A DNA stretch of 64,000 bases, from NCBI RefSeq assembly GCF_009914755.1, contig NC_060926.1. One strand, 5' to 3'. The position numbers and the translations under genes are program-made. The notes under the pieces are model-generated. The model did not search any database, was not told the DNA's origin, and saw only the letters and a program-made list of their open reading frames with translations. Positions 41,066 to 53,697 of the stretch are shown here, one piece after another (the stretch's first letter is position 1; each line of letters starts with the position of its first letter). This stretch comes from the human T2T-CHM13v2.0 reference genome, Homo sapiens.

Positions 41066-43695
41066 TAGGTATACTTCAATGATATTGTAGATTTGGTTCC
41101 AAACCACCATGATAACCCAAATGTTGCAATAAAGAAAGCCACATGAATTTTTTGGTTTCCAAGAACATATAAAAGTTATGTTGAATTAGGAACACATGGA
41201 CATAAAGATAGACATAATAGATACTGGAGACTACTAAAGAGGGGAGAGAGGAAGGGTGCAAGGGTGGAAAAACTACCTATTGGATACTATGCTCACTCTC
41301 TGAATGACAAGATCATTCATACCTCAAACCTCAGCATTACACAGCATACCCATTTAAAAAACCTGCACATGTAACCCCTGAATCTAAAATATAAGTTGAA
41401 ATTATTTTTTAAAAGTTATGTTTATAGTGTACTGTAGTCCATTAAGTGTGCAATACTATATTGCTAAAAATTGCTAACTATTATCTGAGCCTTCAGTGAC
41501 TCATCATCTTTTGGCTGGTGGAAGATCTTGCCTCAGTGTTGATGGGTGGCTGCTGAAGTTTGGGGGTGCTGTGGCAATTTCCTAAAACAAGACAACAATG
41601 AAGTTTGCCACATTCATCGACTCTTCCTTTTATTTAAAAAAAATCTTTGTAGCATGCAATATTTTATAGCATTTTCCCCATGACAGAACTTCTTTCAAAA
41701 TTGGAGTCAATGTTCTCAAGCCCTACTTCTGCTTTATCAACTATGTTTATGTAATATCCTAAATCCTTTGTTGTCATTTCAACAATGTTTATAGCATTTT
41801 CATCAGGAATAGATTCCATCTCAAGAAACCACTTTCTTTGCTCATCCATAAGAAGCAAGTCCTTATCTATTCAAGTTTTATCATGAGATTGCAGCAATTC
41901 AGTCGCCTCTTCAGGCTCCACTTCTAATTCTAGTTCTCTTGCTATTTCCACCATATCTGCAGTTATTTACTCCACTGAAGTCTTGAATCTCTCAAAGTCA
42001 TCTATGAGGGTTGGAGTCAACTTCTTCCAAACTCCTCTTAGTGTTGATATTTTGACTTCCTCCCATGAATGACAAATATTTTCAATGGCATCTAGAATGA
42101 TGAGTCCTTTCTAGAGGGTTTTTAAATTCACTTTTCCCGGATCCATCAGAGGAATTACTATCTATGGCAGATATAGCCTTACAAAATGTATTTCTTAAAT
42201 AGTAAGACTTTCAAGTTGAAAGTACTCCTTAATCCATGGGCTGCAGAACGGATGTTGTGTTAGCAGGCATGAAAGCAACATTAAACTCCTTGTACATCTC
42301 CATAAGAGCTCTTGGGTTACCAGGTCCATTGTCAATGAGCAGTAATATTTTGAAAGAAGCCTTTTCTTCTAAGCAGTAGGTCTCAACAGTAGGCTTAAAA
42401 TAATCAGTAAATCATGCTGTAAACAGATGTGCTGTCACACAGGCTTTGTTGTTTCATTTTTAGAGCACAGGCAGAGTAGATTTGGCATAATTCTTAAGGG
42501 CCTTGAGATTTTTTTGAATGGTAAATGAGCATTGGTTCTAACTCAAAGTCACCAGCTGCATTTATCCCTAACATGAGTCAGCCTGTCCTTTGAATCTTTG
42601 AAGCCAGGCATTGGCTAATCTTCATTAGCTATAAAAGTCCTACATGGCATCTTCTTCTAATAGAAGGCTATTTTGTCTTCATTGAAAATCTGTTGTTGAG
42701 AGTAGCCACCTTCATCAATGATCTTAGCTAAATCATCTGGATAACTTGCTGCAGCTTCATCAGCACTTGCTACTTCACCTTGCCCTTTTATGTTACAGTG
42801 ATAGCTTCTTTCAGTCTCACGAATCAACCTCTGCTACCTTCAAACTTTACTTCCACAGCTTCCTCACCTCTCTTAGCCTTTTTAAAATGGAAAAGAGTTA
42901 GGGTCTTGCCTCAGACTAGGCTTTGGCTTAAGGGAATGTTATGGTTGGTTTGATCTTCTATTCAAACCATTCAAACTTTCTCTATATCAGAAATAGGGTT
43001 TTGGCTTTTATCATTTGTGTCTACACTGAAGTTGCATTTTTAATTTCCTTCAAGAACTTTTCCTTTGCATTCACAGCTGTCTTAATTGTTTGGTGCAAGA
43101 GGCTAAGCTTTTGACCTATATTGGCTTTTGACATGCCTTCTTAACTAAGTTTAATCATTTCTAACTTTTAATTTAAATTGAGAGACATGTGACTCTTCCT
43201 TTCACTTGAACACTTAAAGGCCATTGTAGTGTTATTAATTGGCCTAATTTCAATATTGTTGTGTCTCAGGGAATAACAGGGGGCACGGAGGAGAAGAAAT
43301 GAGATGGGGAACAGGGGAACAGCCAGTCAGTGGAGCAGAAAGAACGAATAGACATAATACTTATCAATTAAGTTTGCCATCTTATATAAGCATGGTTCAT
43401 GGCACCCCAAACAATTATAATCACAACATCAAAGATCACTGATCACAGATCACCATAACAGATATAATAATAATAATAATAATGTTTAACAATAATATTT
43501 TTAATATTGCAAGAATTACCAAAGACAATTGGTAATTGTAATAATTTTGACCCAGAGACAAAGTGAGCACATGCTGTTGGAAAAATGGCATGAATTAACT
43601 TTCTTGATGCAGGGTTGCCACAAAACTTCAATTTGTGAAAAATGCCATATCTGCAAAATGGAATAAATGAAGCACAATAAAACAAAGCATGCCCA
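41066..43695 (-). mobile_element. Near full-length Tigger1 DNA transposon (decayed)
   Basis: Both degenerate termini are present. Minus-strand transposase remnant [15 protein letters not shown] at 41664-41858. About 2.4 kb once the nested L1 is removed. Confidence 0.9.
41183..41409 (+). mobile_element. L1PA/PB 3' end inserted in Tigger1
   Basis: TSD taaaagttatgtt at 41170-41182 and 41410-41422. Confidence 0.85.
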
Positions 43696-43699
43696 TATT

Positions 43700-44255
43700 A
43701 TTATTTTGCTGTGAAACAAATACTACAAACTTAAACAATATACCTTTATTATCTCACAGTTTCTGTGGCTCAGGAGTTCAGGCATGGTTTAACTGAGGCC
43801 TCTTGCTCAGGGTCTCACAAGGTTGCAATCAAGATGTCAGCCAGACTGGGTTCTCATCAGAAGTTTAGCTGGGGAATGATCCACTTCCAAGCTCACTCCA
43901 GTTGTTGGCAGAAATTATTTTCTTGGAATTCTTGGGCTAAGGGCTTCAATCTCTTGCTGGCACTCAGCTAGAGGCCATCCTCAGCTCCTAGATGTTGCCA
44001 ACAGCTTTTTCTTTATGTGTGGGCTTCCCCAACATGACCATTGGCTGCATCAATCTAGCAAGGAAGAAAAAGGATCCTAGCAAGATGACTATTACAGTCT
44101 TATATAACATAAACATAATTATGTACATTCTGTTACCTTTGCCACATCCCATAGCACCTGGGAGCAAGTCACAGATGGCACCCACACTCAAGGGGAGAGG
44201 ATTACACAGGGATGTGAATGCCACATCTTGGGGGCCACCTTATGAGTCTTGCTAC
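43700..44255 (-). mobile_element. MLT1 (MLT1F-like) MaLR LTR
   Basis: tttattatctcacagtttctgtgg.tcaggagttcaggc...caaggggagaggattacacaggg. Confidence 0.75.
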
Positions 44256-45466
44256 AACGACTATATTTACTGGAAGAATGCTCATTGTTGCTTGAAGTCT
44301 CCTTGGAATCTTTCCTTGTGGTGCACATGTTCTTTTGATTTTATTCCACCTTTGATTGTCCCATAGCAAAACAAAGAACCCACTTACACTAATCTCATTT
44401 TGTTCCCATCCAATCTCTTTCTTAGACTTCAGATATTTAGCTTGACTTAATTATGTTTACATTTCTAGACATGCTAATATGATAAGTTATCTATGAAATA
44501 ATACAGGCAGTAAGAGGGAAAAGATAACCTGTGCCAACTTTGTTTCAAAGAGAACTTTCTCAGAAATTCATCTTCTTCAACAAACCACATTGTCTGAGTC
44601 CTGTCCAGCCTTCTGGACTGATGATTGAGCCCTGTGAAGGGAGGGACTACAGATCAAAGTCAAGGGGGACGTTTTCATACAGGGTACCTGAAAGAAGCCT
44701 GAGCTGATTAGTGAGGAACCCCCAGAGAATGAATTGCTTGGAAAGTGTGAGACCTGAGACAAACCAGGAAGTGGTTGTAACATTTGGGCTTACTCCCAAA
44801 CCTAGAGTGGGAAGTGAGGAACTCTTTCATGGATTTTGGGCACACACATGCAGTAATAGCAGGAGGCATGGAGGAAAGGTGAGGTCTATAGACATTTAAT
44901 TTCTGACCGTGTATTTCTGATTTATTTTATTAACAGTGATTGTCTAAAAGCAGAGGGAATGCATGATTTTCTTCTTCCAGTCTTCTATATTTACTACATA
45001 TGCTGACATGAGCAGGGTTTTTTAAAAAAATTTTCTTTTTTAAAGAAAGGTGAATGAAAAATGAACACATGGTTGAGATAAAAGAAACAAACTTTTTTTT
45101 CGTGGAAATCTTGTGTATGTTTGAAAATGGTCACTGAACTTTCCTCTTCCCTTCAGATTTCCTTGAGTAGGCATCGTGCTGCCCCCTGAATCTCTCCTGT
45201 GGGTATTTTAATCATGTTTCTCTGGATCCATTCTGGTAACCATATGGAAGACCCATTAGAACTCTGCTCAGTAGACAGTGGGATGAAATCAGACTAAGGT
45301 GAATCTTGGACCTTGTAAGGAATTTAATTTCAAAGGACCTGTGAGGAGTCATAACACCACCCTCAAGGAAAAAGATACAGTGATTCCCTGTGTCATGATT
45401 TTTACTGTAACCATATGTTTTTAATTGGGGAATTAAAATTTGACAGTGTCCATATTTTTCTCCTAG

Positions 45467-45647
45467 GAAGAGTGGCTGACCTGCCAGAGAAACTGGCTCT
45501 ACCTAGAAAGTATTTTCAATGCTCCAGACATTCAGAGGCAATTGCCTGCAGAGGCCAAGATGTTCCTTCAGGTGGATAAGTCATGGAAAGAAATCATGAG
45601 AAAGGTGAATCGGCTGCCTAATGCTCTTCGAGCCGCTACTCAGCCAG
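45467..45647 (+). CDS. DNAH6: Exon K (EEWLTCQRNWLYLESIF...AATQP), 181 nt, phase 0/1
   Basis: cctag|GAA...CCAG|gtatga; WLYLESIF linker motif. Confidence 0.95.
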
Positions 45648-46389
45648 GTATGAAACAAAATTCCAAACAAGCAAAAAGACTACAATCTTTTAGTAGTCTG
45701 GGACTTTAGTCCCAGACTAAAATGTTTCTCTGGGAATCTAATAACATATGGTCCATTCAACCCTTGATTCTAGTCAGCATGGATGACTAGGAATCCTTGC
45801 ATTTGACACACTTGCTAAGCAATGTCAACGGAACACTGGACTTTTTTTTATTATTATTATCTCTCAGCTTAGTTTGTAGTTTCGGAAAAGGAGAATCTGC
45901 CTATTTTTGCTGTTTTTATGATTGGGGGATGTTGCTTCCGTGTATCAGCAATGTTTTCATCTCAGAATTTTGACAACGAGACAAATATTTGCCTTCGGTT
46001 GATGTATTCAGTTAAAGCTCCTCCACAGATTTATAGCCACAAAAATGTCCACACCTTATTTTTAATGAATTCATTAAAACTAGTAAAAATATTACCACTT
46101 ATTACATTTCTAGTCTCTAGGTTGAAATGTGTTTGAATAAGTTCCATTTCTGTGGATGTGGAATCAAAGTCTTTCAGGGTGCATATATGTGGCTGTTGAA
46201 CTTCATGCTTAAAGTAAAAGCCTTGGCAAGCTTGCCTGTTGTTCAGGAAACAGCAGCACATGGCCCATCCTGGTAAATATCCTCAGACAGCTTCCCTGAA
46301 GTTTGCTGGGCTGCACTCTTTGCCCAAAAACTCTGACATAAGACAGAAATGGAAAAGAAATGTTACATGGAATAATAGAATTGAAAATT

Positions 46390-46695
46390 CTTTGGGTCTT
46401 TTCGAGGCAGCCCACATTCCTTGGCTCATGGCCTTCTTCCAGCCTGTAACCTCAGGACACCGACCTCTGTTTCTGTCATCACATCTCCTTATCAGCCTCT
46501 GACCTTCCCGCCTCCTGCTTATAATGGCCCATGTATGATCGATCAGTCCACCAGACAATCCAGGACAGTCTCTCCATCCATGATCCTTAACTTAATCACA
46601 CCTGCAAAGTTCCTTTCCATGTATACTAACATATCCACAGGTTTGGGGGATTAGGACATGAACATCTCTAGGGGGCCATTATTCTGTCTACTGCA
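46390..46695 (-). mobile_element. MLT1C/D-like LTR fragment
   Basis: gatccttaacttaatcacacctgcaaag...ggattaggacatg..catct..gggggccattattctg. Confidence 0.75.
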
Positions 46696-46923
46696 CTCAC
46701 TTGTCATGTTGAAACATTGTGCTGGGAAAACTAGTATGTTAGATTACAGAGTGCTGTCCCAGTCCCTACTAGACTTGTTATAAAATATAACTTCTGAAAT
46801 GAAAAAAAAATCTGATTCAAAAATACATCTGCTCCTAAGGATGTAAGATAAGAATAGAGACTTATATAGATCATTTCAGGGGATAATAAAGCTATGAAGA
46901 AAAATAAAGTAGGGTAAATTGGT

Positions 46924-46957
46924 GAGAGAGAGAGAGTGTGTGTGTGTGTGTGTGTGT
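46924..46957. repeat. (GA)n(GT)n compound microsatellite, probably within an L2 relic
   Basis: Read directly from the sequence. Confidence 0.9.
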
Positions 46958-47805
46958 CTGTGACAGAAGGCTTTTTTGATAAAGTGGCTTTTGAGCAGAA
47001 ACCTGCAGGAATGAGGGAATGAGTCATGTATGTGATCAAAGGGAGCATTGTTAAAGGAGGAGGGAAGATCAAAGGCAAGGCTCCCAAGGTGAGTGCATGC
47101 TTCACATGCCCAATTGTTTGCAAGGAAGCCAATGCGAGCTGAAGTGGAATGCAGAAGAAGGGCTTAGGAGGTGAAGCAAGAGAGGCAAGAGTGCTTAGGT
47201 GGGGACTGGGCATCAGACTGGGTCCTTGATTACATAGAGCCTTGGAAACCATGATCAAGACTGCGGATTTGATTCTTGGGCAGGTGGGGACACCAGCTGC
47301 TATGATAAGCACCAAAACTACAAAGATAATCAAGACATGGATCTTATCCCTTAAGGAGCTGTAGTTTAGTGATAAAGAAATAGTATCCCATCACCACAAT
47401 TTTGGCATTTAAAGATGGCAGAGGATACAGAAAAGATACCAGTAAGAAAGTGACAATGAGTAGGTATAGAGACTGGCTTGGTTTGGAGAGTCAAGGAGAA
47501 GGCAACTGCTTGGCTTTGGTTTTGTACTCCTAGCCCCTCAAAAGTGGGATACACCAGCTAAATATGTTTCATATCAAATATACTTGTTCATACTTGGTAA
47601 ATACTTAATATTATTATTAAAGGTAATAGTTAAAATTCTTAGTCAATTCCCCCCATTTTAATGTAATAGAGCATTCCTTTATCAAATAATGCCAAAGCTT
47701 TTAAAATCTTAACAGTATATTTTACTTTTACTTTAAATTATCTCGTTATTTTTCAGTTAACTTAGTACTTTTTATTGAAAAGACCATACCACTGCCATTC
47801 CATTT

Positions 47806-50477
47806 TATTTATTTATTTATTTATTTATTTTTATTTCAATAGGTTTGGGGGAAACAGGTGGTGTATGGTTCTATGAATAAGTTCTTTAGTGGTGATTTCT
47901 GAGATTTTGGTGCACCCACCACCCGCACAGTGTACTGTACCCAATGCGTAGTCTTTTATCTTTTTATCCCTCAGCTCCCTCCCATCCTTTCCCCCACTTG
48001 CCTAAGTCCATTGTATCATTCTTACACTTTTGTGTCCTCATACCTTAGCTCCCACTTATGAGTGAGAACATATGATGCTTGGTTTTCCATTCCTGAGTTA
48101 CTTCACTTGGAATAATGGTCTCCAAATCAATTCAGGTTGCTGCAAATGCCATTATTTCATTCCGTTTTATGGCTGAGGTAGTATACCATGGTATATCTAC
48201 ACACATTTTCTTTATCCACTCATTGATTGATGTGCATTGGGGCTGGTTCCATATTTTTGCAATTGCAAATTGTGCTGTTATAAACTACGTGTGCAAGAAT
48301 CTTTTTTATATAATGACTTCTTTTCTTCTGGGTAGATACCCAGTAATGGGATTGCTGGATCAAATGGTAGATCAATTTTTTAGTTCTTTAAGGATTCTCC
48401 ACACTGTTTTCCATAGTGGCTGTCTTAGTTTACATTCCCACCAGCAGTGGAAAAGTGTTCCCTTTCCACCACATCCACACCAACATCTATTATTTTTTTT
48501 ATTATAGCCATTCTTGCAGGGGTAGGGTGGTATCGCATTGTGGTTTTGATTTGCATTTCCCTGATCATTAGTGATGTTGAGCATTTTTCATGTTTATAGC
48601 CCATTTGTATACCTTCTTTTGAGAATTGTCTATTCATGTCCTTAGCTCACTTTTTGAAGGGATTGTTTGTTTTTTTCTTGCTGATTTGAGTTCCTTGCAG
48701 ATTCTGGCTATTAGTCCTTTGCCAGATGTACAGATTCTGAAGATTTTTTCCCACTCTGTGAGTTGTCTGTTTACTCTGCTTGCTGTTTCTTTTGCTGTGC
48801 AGAAGCTTTTAAGTTTAAGTCCCATCTATTTATCTTTCTTTTGTTGCATTTGCTTTTGAGTTTTGGTCGCATTTGCCTTTGGGTTTTGGTCATGAAGTTC
48901 TTGCGTAAGCCAATGTCAAGAGGTGTTTTTCCAATATTATCTTCCAGAATTGTTATGGTTTCAGGTCTTAGATTTAAGTCTTTGATCTATCTTGATTTGA
49001 TTTTTAGGTGAGAGATGAGGATCCAGTTTCATTCTTCTACATGTGGCTTGCCAGTTATCCCAGCACCATTTGTTGAATAGGGTATCCTTTTCCCACTTTA
49101 TGTTTTTGTTTGCTTTGTCAAAGATCAGTTGGCTATAAGTATTTTGCTTTATTTCCAGGTTCTCTATTCTGTTCCATTGGTCTATATGCCTATTTTTATA
49201 CCAGTACCATGCTGTTTTGGTGACTATGGCCTTGTAGTATAGTTTAAAGTCAGGTAATGTGATGCCTCCAGATTTGTTCTTTTTGCTTAGTCATGCTTTG
49301 GCTATGTGGGCTCTTTTTTTGGTTCCATATGAAATTTAGAATTATATTTTTCTAACTCTGTGAAGAATTATGGTGTTATTTTTATGACAATTGCATTGAG
49401 TTTATAGATTGCTTATGGCAGTATGGTCATTTTCACAATATTGATTCTACCCATTCATGAACATAGGATGTGTTTCCATTTGTTTGTGTTGTATGATTTC
49501 TTTCAGCAGTGTTTTGTAGTTTTCTTTGTAGAGGTCTTTTACCTCCTTGGTTAAGTATATTTCTAAGTATTTTTTTTTTACAGCTATTGTATTTTCTTGC
49601 AGCTATTGTAAAAGGGGTTGAGTTCTTGATTTGACTTTCAGCTTGGTCACTGTTAGTGTATAGCAGAGCTACTGATTTGAGTACATTAATTTTGTATCCT
49701 GAAACTTTGCTGAATTCATTGATCAGGTCTAGGAGCTTTTTGGATAAGTCTTTAGGGTTATTTAATTTCTATGTATTTGTATGGTTTTGAGGATTCCTTT
49801 TGGAGTTGATTTCCAATTTTATTCCACTGTGGTCTGAGAGAGTACTTGATATAATTTTGATTTTCTTAAATTTATTGGGACTTGTTTTGTGTCTTATCAT
49901 GTGGTCTATTTTGGAGAATATTCTGTGCTGATGAATAGAATGTATATTCTTCATTTGTTGGATAGAATGTTCTGTAAATATCTGTTGAGTCCATTTGTTC
50001 TAGGGTATAGTTTAAGTTGTTTCTTTGTTGACTTTCGGCCTTGATGACCTGTCTAGTGCTGTCAGTGGAGTATTGAAGTCCCCCACTATTATTGTGTTGT
50101 TGTCTATCTCATTTCTAAGGTCTGGTAGTAATTGTTTTATAAATTTATAAATTTGGGAGCTCCAGTGTTAGGTGCATACATATTTAGAACTGTGATATTT
50201 TCTTGTTGGAAAAGTCCTTTTATCCTTATATAATATCCTTCTTTGTCTTTTTTAACTGTTGTTGCTATAAAATTTGTTTTGTCTTAAATAAGAATAGCTA
50301 CTCCTGCCCACTTTTGGTGTCCATTTGCATGGAATATCTTTTTCCACCCCTTTACCTTAAGTTTATGTGATTCCTTATGTGTTAGGTGAGTCTCTTGAAG
50401 ACAGCAGTTACTGTCTGGACATCCAGATTGGTAAAGAGGGAGTCAAACTGTCAGCTTTTGCTGATAATGTGATTGTA
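47806..50477 (-). mobile_element. Rearranged L1PB (three segments)
   Basis: L1PB 3' UTR tttagtggtgatttctgagattttggtgcaccc; EN remnant FSKIDHMIRHK..LSDHSGIKLEIN at 49769-49954; terminal sense piece at 50417-50477. Confidence 0.88.
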
Positions 50478-50678
50478 ATTTTTCTATTGCCATTACAATT
50501 CCATGACTCATTTTAACTTTAGGTTTGGATAATTCAAAGCATATTTTTATAAGAGTTTTATTAAATAGTTTTCTAGGGAGAAGATTCATAAATTGATTAC
50601 ATTTTAAAGTGATATTTTTTCAGAAAAAAATTTGATTTTAACACAGTTTTACCAATACTATTTTTTTTTAATGAACAG

Positions 50679-50775
50679 GACTTCTGGAAACTTTTCAAAA
50701 CAATAATGCATTACTTGACCAAATTCAGAAGTGCCTAGAGGCATACTTAGAATCAAAAAGAGTTATCTTTCCAAG
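50679..50775 (+). CDS. DNAH6: Exon L (GLLETFQ...KRVIFPR), 97 nt, phase 1/2
   Basis: aacag|GA...CCAAG|gtaagt. Confidence 0.94.
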
Positions 50776-50999
50776 GTAAGTTTATAAAGCAACCTAAGAT
50801 ATTTTTTAGTAGTTATGACTGTCAATCAAGTTGAGGTTATAATTATAACCTCAAAGCATGAAGGAACTAGAGAGAGAAACAAAAAAGATCTACGATAATG
50901 AAAATCCAACTAGTTATCGTAATTGAGGAGTATAAGTCTCAAGGATAAAATACAATATTCAATAAATAGTTAAGTGGGTAAGTAAGATGCTGAAACAAT

Positions 51000-51426
51000 T
51001 TTTTTTATTTTAATTTTTGTCAGTATATTGTAGGTGTGTTATGGGGTACATAACATGTTTTGACATAGGCGTGTAATGCATAATAATCACATCATGTAAA
51101 ATGGGGTATCCATCCCCTCAAGCATTTATCCTTTGTGTTACAAACAATCCAGTTATACTCTTTTAGTTATTTTTAAATGCACAATTAAATTATTACTATT
51201 AAATTATCATTATTATTGATTATTAAATTAAATTATTATTGACTATAGTCACCCTGTTGTACTATCAAATACTAAGTCTTATTCATTCTTCCTATTTTTT
51301 GTACCCATTAAATATCCCCACCTCCCCAGCCCCAACCCTTCCACTACCCTTCCCAGCCTCTGGTAACCATCCTTCTCCTCTCTATCTCCATGAGTTCAAT
51401 TGTTTTGATTTTTAGATCCCACAAAT
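51000..51426 (-). mobile_element. L1MA 3' end
   Basis: aatggggtatccatcccctcaagcatttatcctttgtgttacaaacaatcc. Confidence 0.8.
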
Positions 51427-52596
51427 TGAAATGATTCTTGATCACCCCATTGTTTTACTGTTTTATTGTTGAATGAATATGTGTGCCTGTGTGTGTGTGT
51501 ATATGTGCACAAACATGTGTGTAAAAAGTTAAGAGAGACCGGTGTTGCCTGAGCAATTTTCTTTAGATTAATTGGTGGGGATGCATGTTAAGCTCTCCAA
51601 GATGCCTAGTCTTGAGGAGAGTGAACCCCACCCTTTCTCGTGGGCATAGCGAGCACCTTTAGTACATCTCTCTACCAAAAAATCTTCCTATCTCTAGCTG
51701 TCCAGCCTCTCCAGCTTTAACACTTTCATACCCTCAAGTGAGTGAGGACTCTAGAGTCTTCACCTATCTCCCCATGAGTCAGCCCCAGGTGACCTGACAT
51801 CTCATTTTGAAATGTGACAACTCTAGTCCTAGAACTTCAGCCAGAACTGAAACTGAAATTTTAACATCTAGTTATATTACTTGGGAAAGATTTGGTCAAA
51901 AACACAGAAGCCACTCTAAGTGTTTAGAGCAAGTTTCATGCAGGGAATTAGAAGTTTTCACTGGTGCTAGAGGCAGAAGAAGGGAAGAACTGAGGACCAC
52001 TTTGAGGAAATCTGGAAATACAGGCAGAGGTCTCAGGGAAGTGCCACCAAAGTCTCGGCTTCCTGCAACAAGAAAGGGAGGGATTGTCAGGAGGACACCT
52101 GAAAACCAAGGATAAAATCCCACCAGCTTCAGTCATCCATGCTCAAGTTGGGGAATAATGGCTTTGCTTCCTCCCACCTTCTCAGTCACATAGAAGAGCA
52201 TCTCATAGGCAGCATTTAATCTGAAACCTTACTGGAAAGAGATTCTAGAAATGTCATTCCAGCTTTTCCCTGATGCAGGGATATTGCTAAGTTGACAATC
52301 AACAATCTAGAGCATTCACTAAATGCTGGTTTATACATTTAGTCCTCCAGAACATGAGAGAGTTGGGGATAGGAACAGCAGTAAAAAGGACCCGTGATTG
52401 GAAAAAAAAAAAAAAGTTTGAAAATCACTGTCTTAAATGTTAATAGTTAATTGCTGTAACCTATTCTAGTATGAACTAGGATAGTCAGTTGGGATAATAA
52501 ATCAAATTCCTTTTGAGTGATTTGGAGAGATTAAACATAATACAAGAACTATATTACATGAAGTCTGGCATTTAGAATATTTTTGGTTATCTAGAG

Positions 52597-52803
52597 CAGG
52601 GACAAACAATTTTTTTTCATAAAAGGTCACATAGTAGATACTCAAGGCTTTGTAGGCTTTACATTCTCTGTAGTCAGGTCCGCTATTGGAACACAAAGGG
52701 AGCCACAGACAGTACGTCTGCATGGCTGTGTGACAATGAAACGTTATTTACAAAAACAGGTGGTGGGCCAGATTTGGCCTGGGGCTGTAACTTGCCAACC
52801 CCA
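52597..52803 (-). mobile_element. MER58A
   Basis: tttacaaaaacaggtggtgggccagatttggcc; 8-bp TSD atcta(g/t)ag. Confidence 0.8.
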
Positions 52804-53477
52804 ATCTATAGCAAAATAATCTTCTTTAAGTTTACAATTTCCTTTACCTATCTTGCTGGTAATAATATGGAATATATATAAATGTTTTATTTCTACATAG
52901 GTATAGCCTCACATGGTTGGAAATGGTGTGCTGGCAAAATTACATTATGCCAATTTTCACAGTAGCACATGCTGCAGGGAATAGCAAATGCCTTTGGGTT
53001 AAGAGAATGGCCCAGTACACATTCACACAACCCAATAAGGTTCTCCTGCAACCACCCATCCATCTGTTAACTCTTCAGCAAATAATGTATTGAATACCAG
53101 GTATGTGTGACATACTAGGCTACATTTTAGGGAAAACAAATAATACATCTTCACTCTGGAGGCTTAAAGCCAGGTAAGACAGATATGTGAACACATCAGT
53201 TTCTAGCATTTTTACAATTTTATGAACAATATCTATCTTTTATGTACTAGACACTAATTCTAGGTGTGCATCATCACACCTAAATGCGTCATCACTAATT
53301 TTCACAGAAATCATGTTTAGAGATATGTGGCTTCCCCAGAAACCCATGACCAGTATAATTGGAGGTCCAGGAAATTGGTGGACAGGGAAGAGATGTGGCT
53401 AAGGAATTTATCTTTTATGTCTGTCTAAGACTTTACTTCCATTTCAAGTTATATTTTAAGGATGTTCTTTAATCCAG

Positions 53478-53697
53478 GTTTTACTTCTTGTCAAATGATG
53501 AACTTCTGGAGATTTTGGCCCAGACACGAAATCCACAGGCCGTGCAGCCACACTTAAGGAAATGCTTCGACTCCATTTCAAAGCTCGAATTTGCTCTCAT
53601 GCCTCCTGCCGAAGGAAAGATTCCTGGTATTGATGGAGAACCAGAAAAGGTTTATACTAATGATATTTTAGCAATGCTGTCACCAGAGGGAGAAAGG
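53478..53697 (+). CDS. DNAH6: Exon M ([13 protein letters not shown]...SPEGER), 220 nt, phase 2/0
   Basis: tccag|G TTT...AGG|gtgagg; completes the RFYFLSN motif. Confidence 0.95.

Noticed and set aside
41664-41858. Transposase-like ORF
   Set aside because: It is a short fragment of decayed Tigger1, not an intact gene.
46731-47333. 200-aa hydrophobic minus-strand ORF
   Set aside because: It runs through an L2-like relic and a (CA)/(CT) microsatellite and has no recognisable domain.
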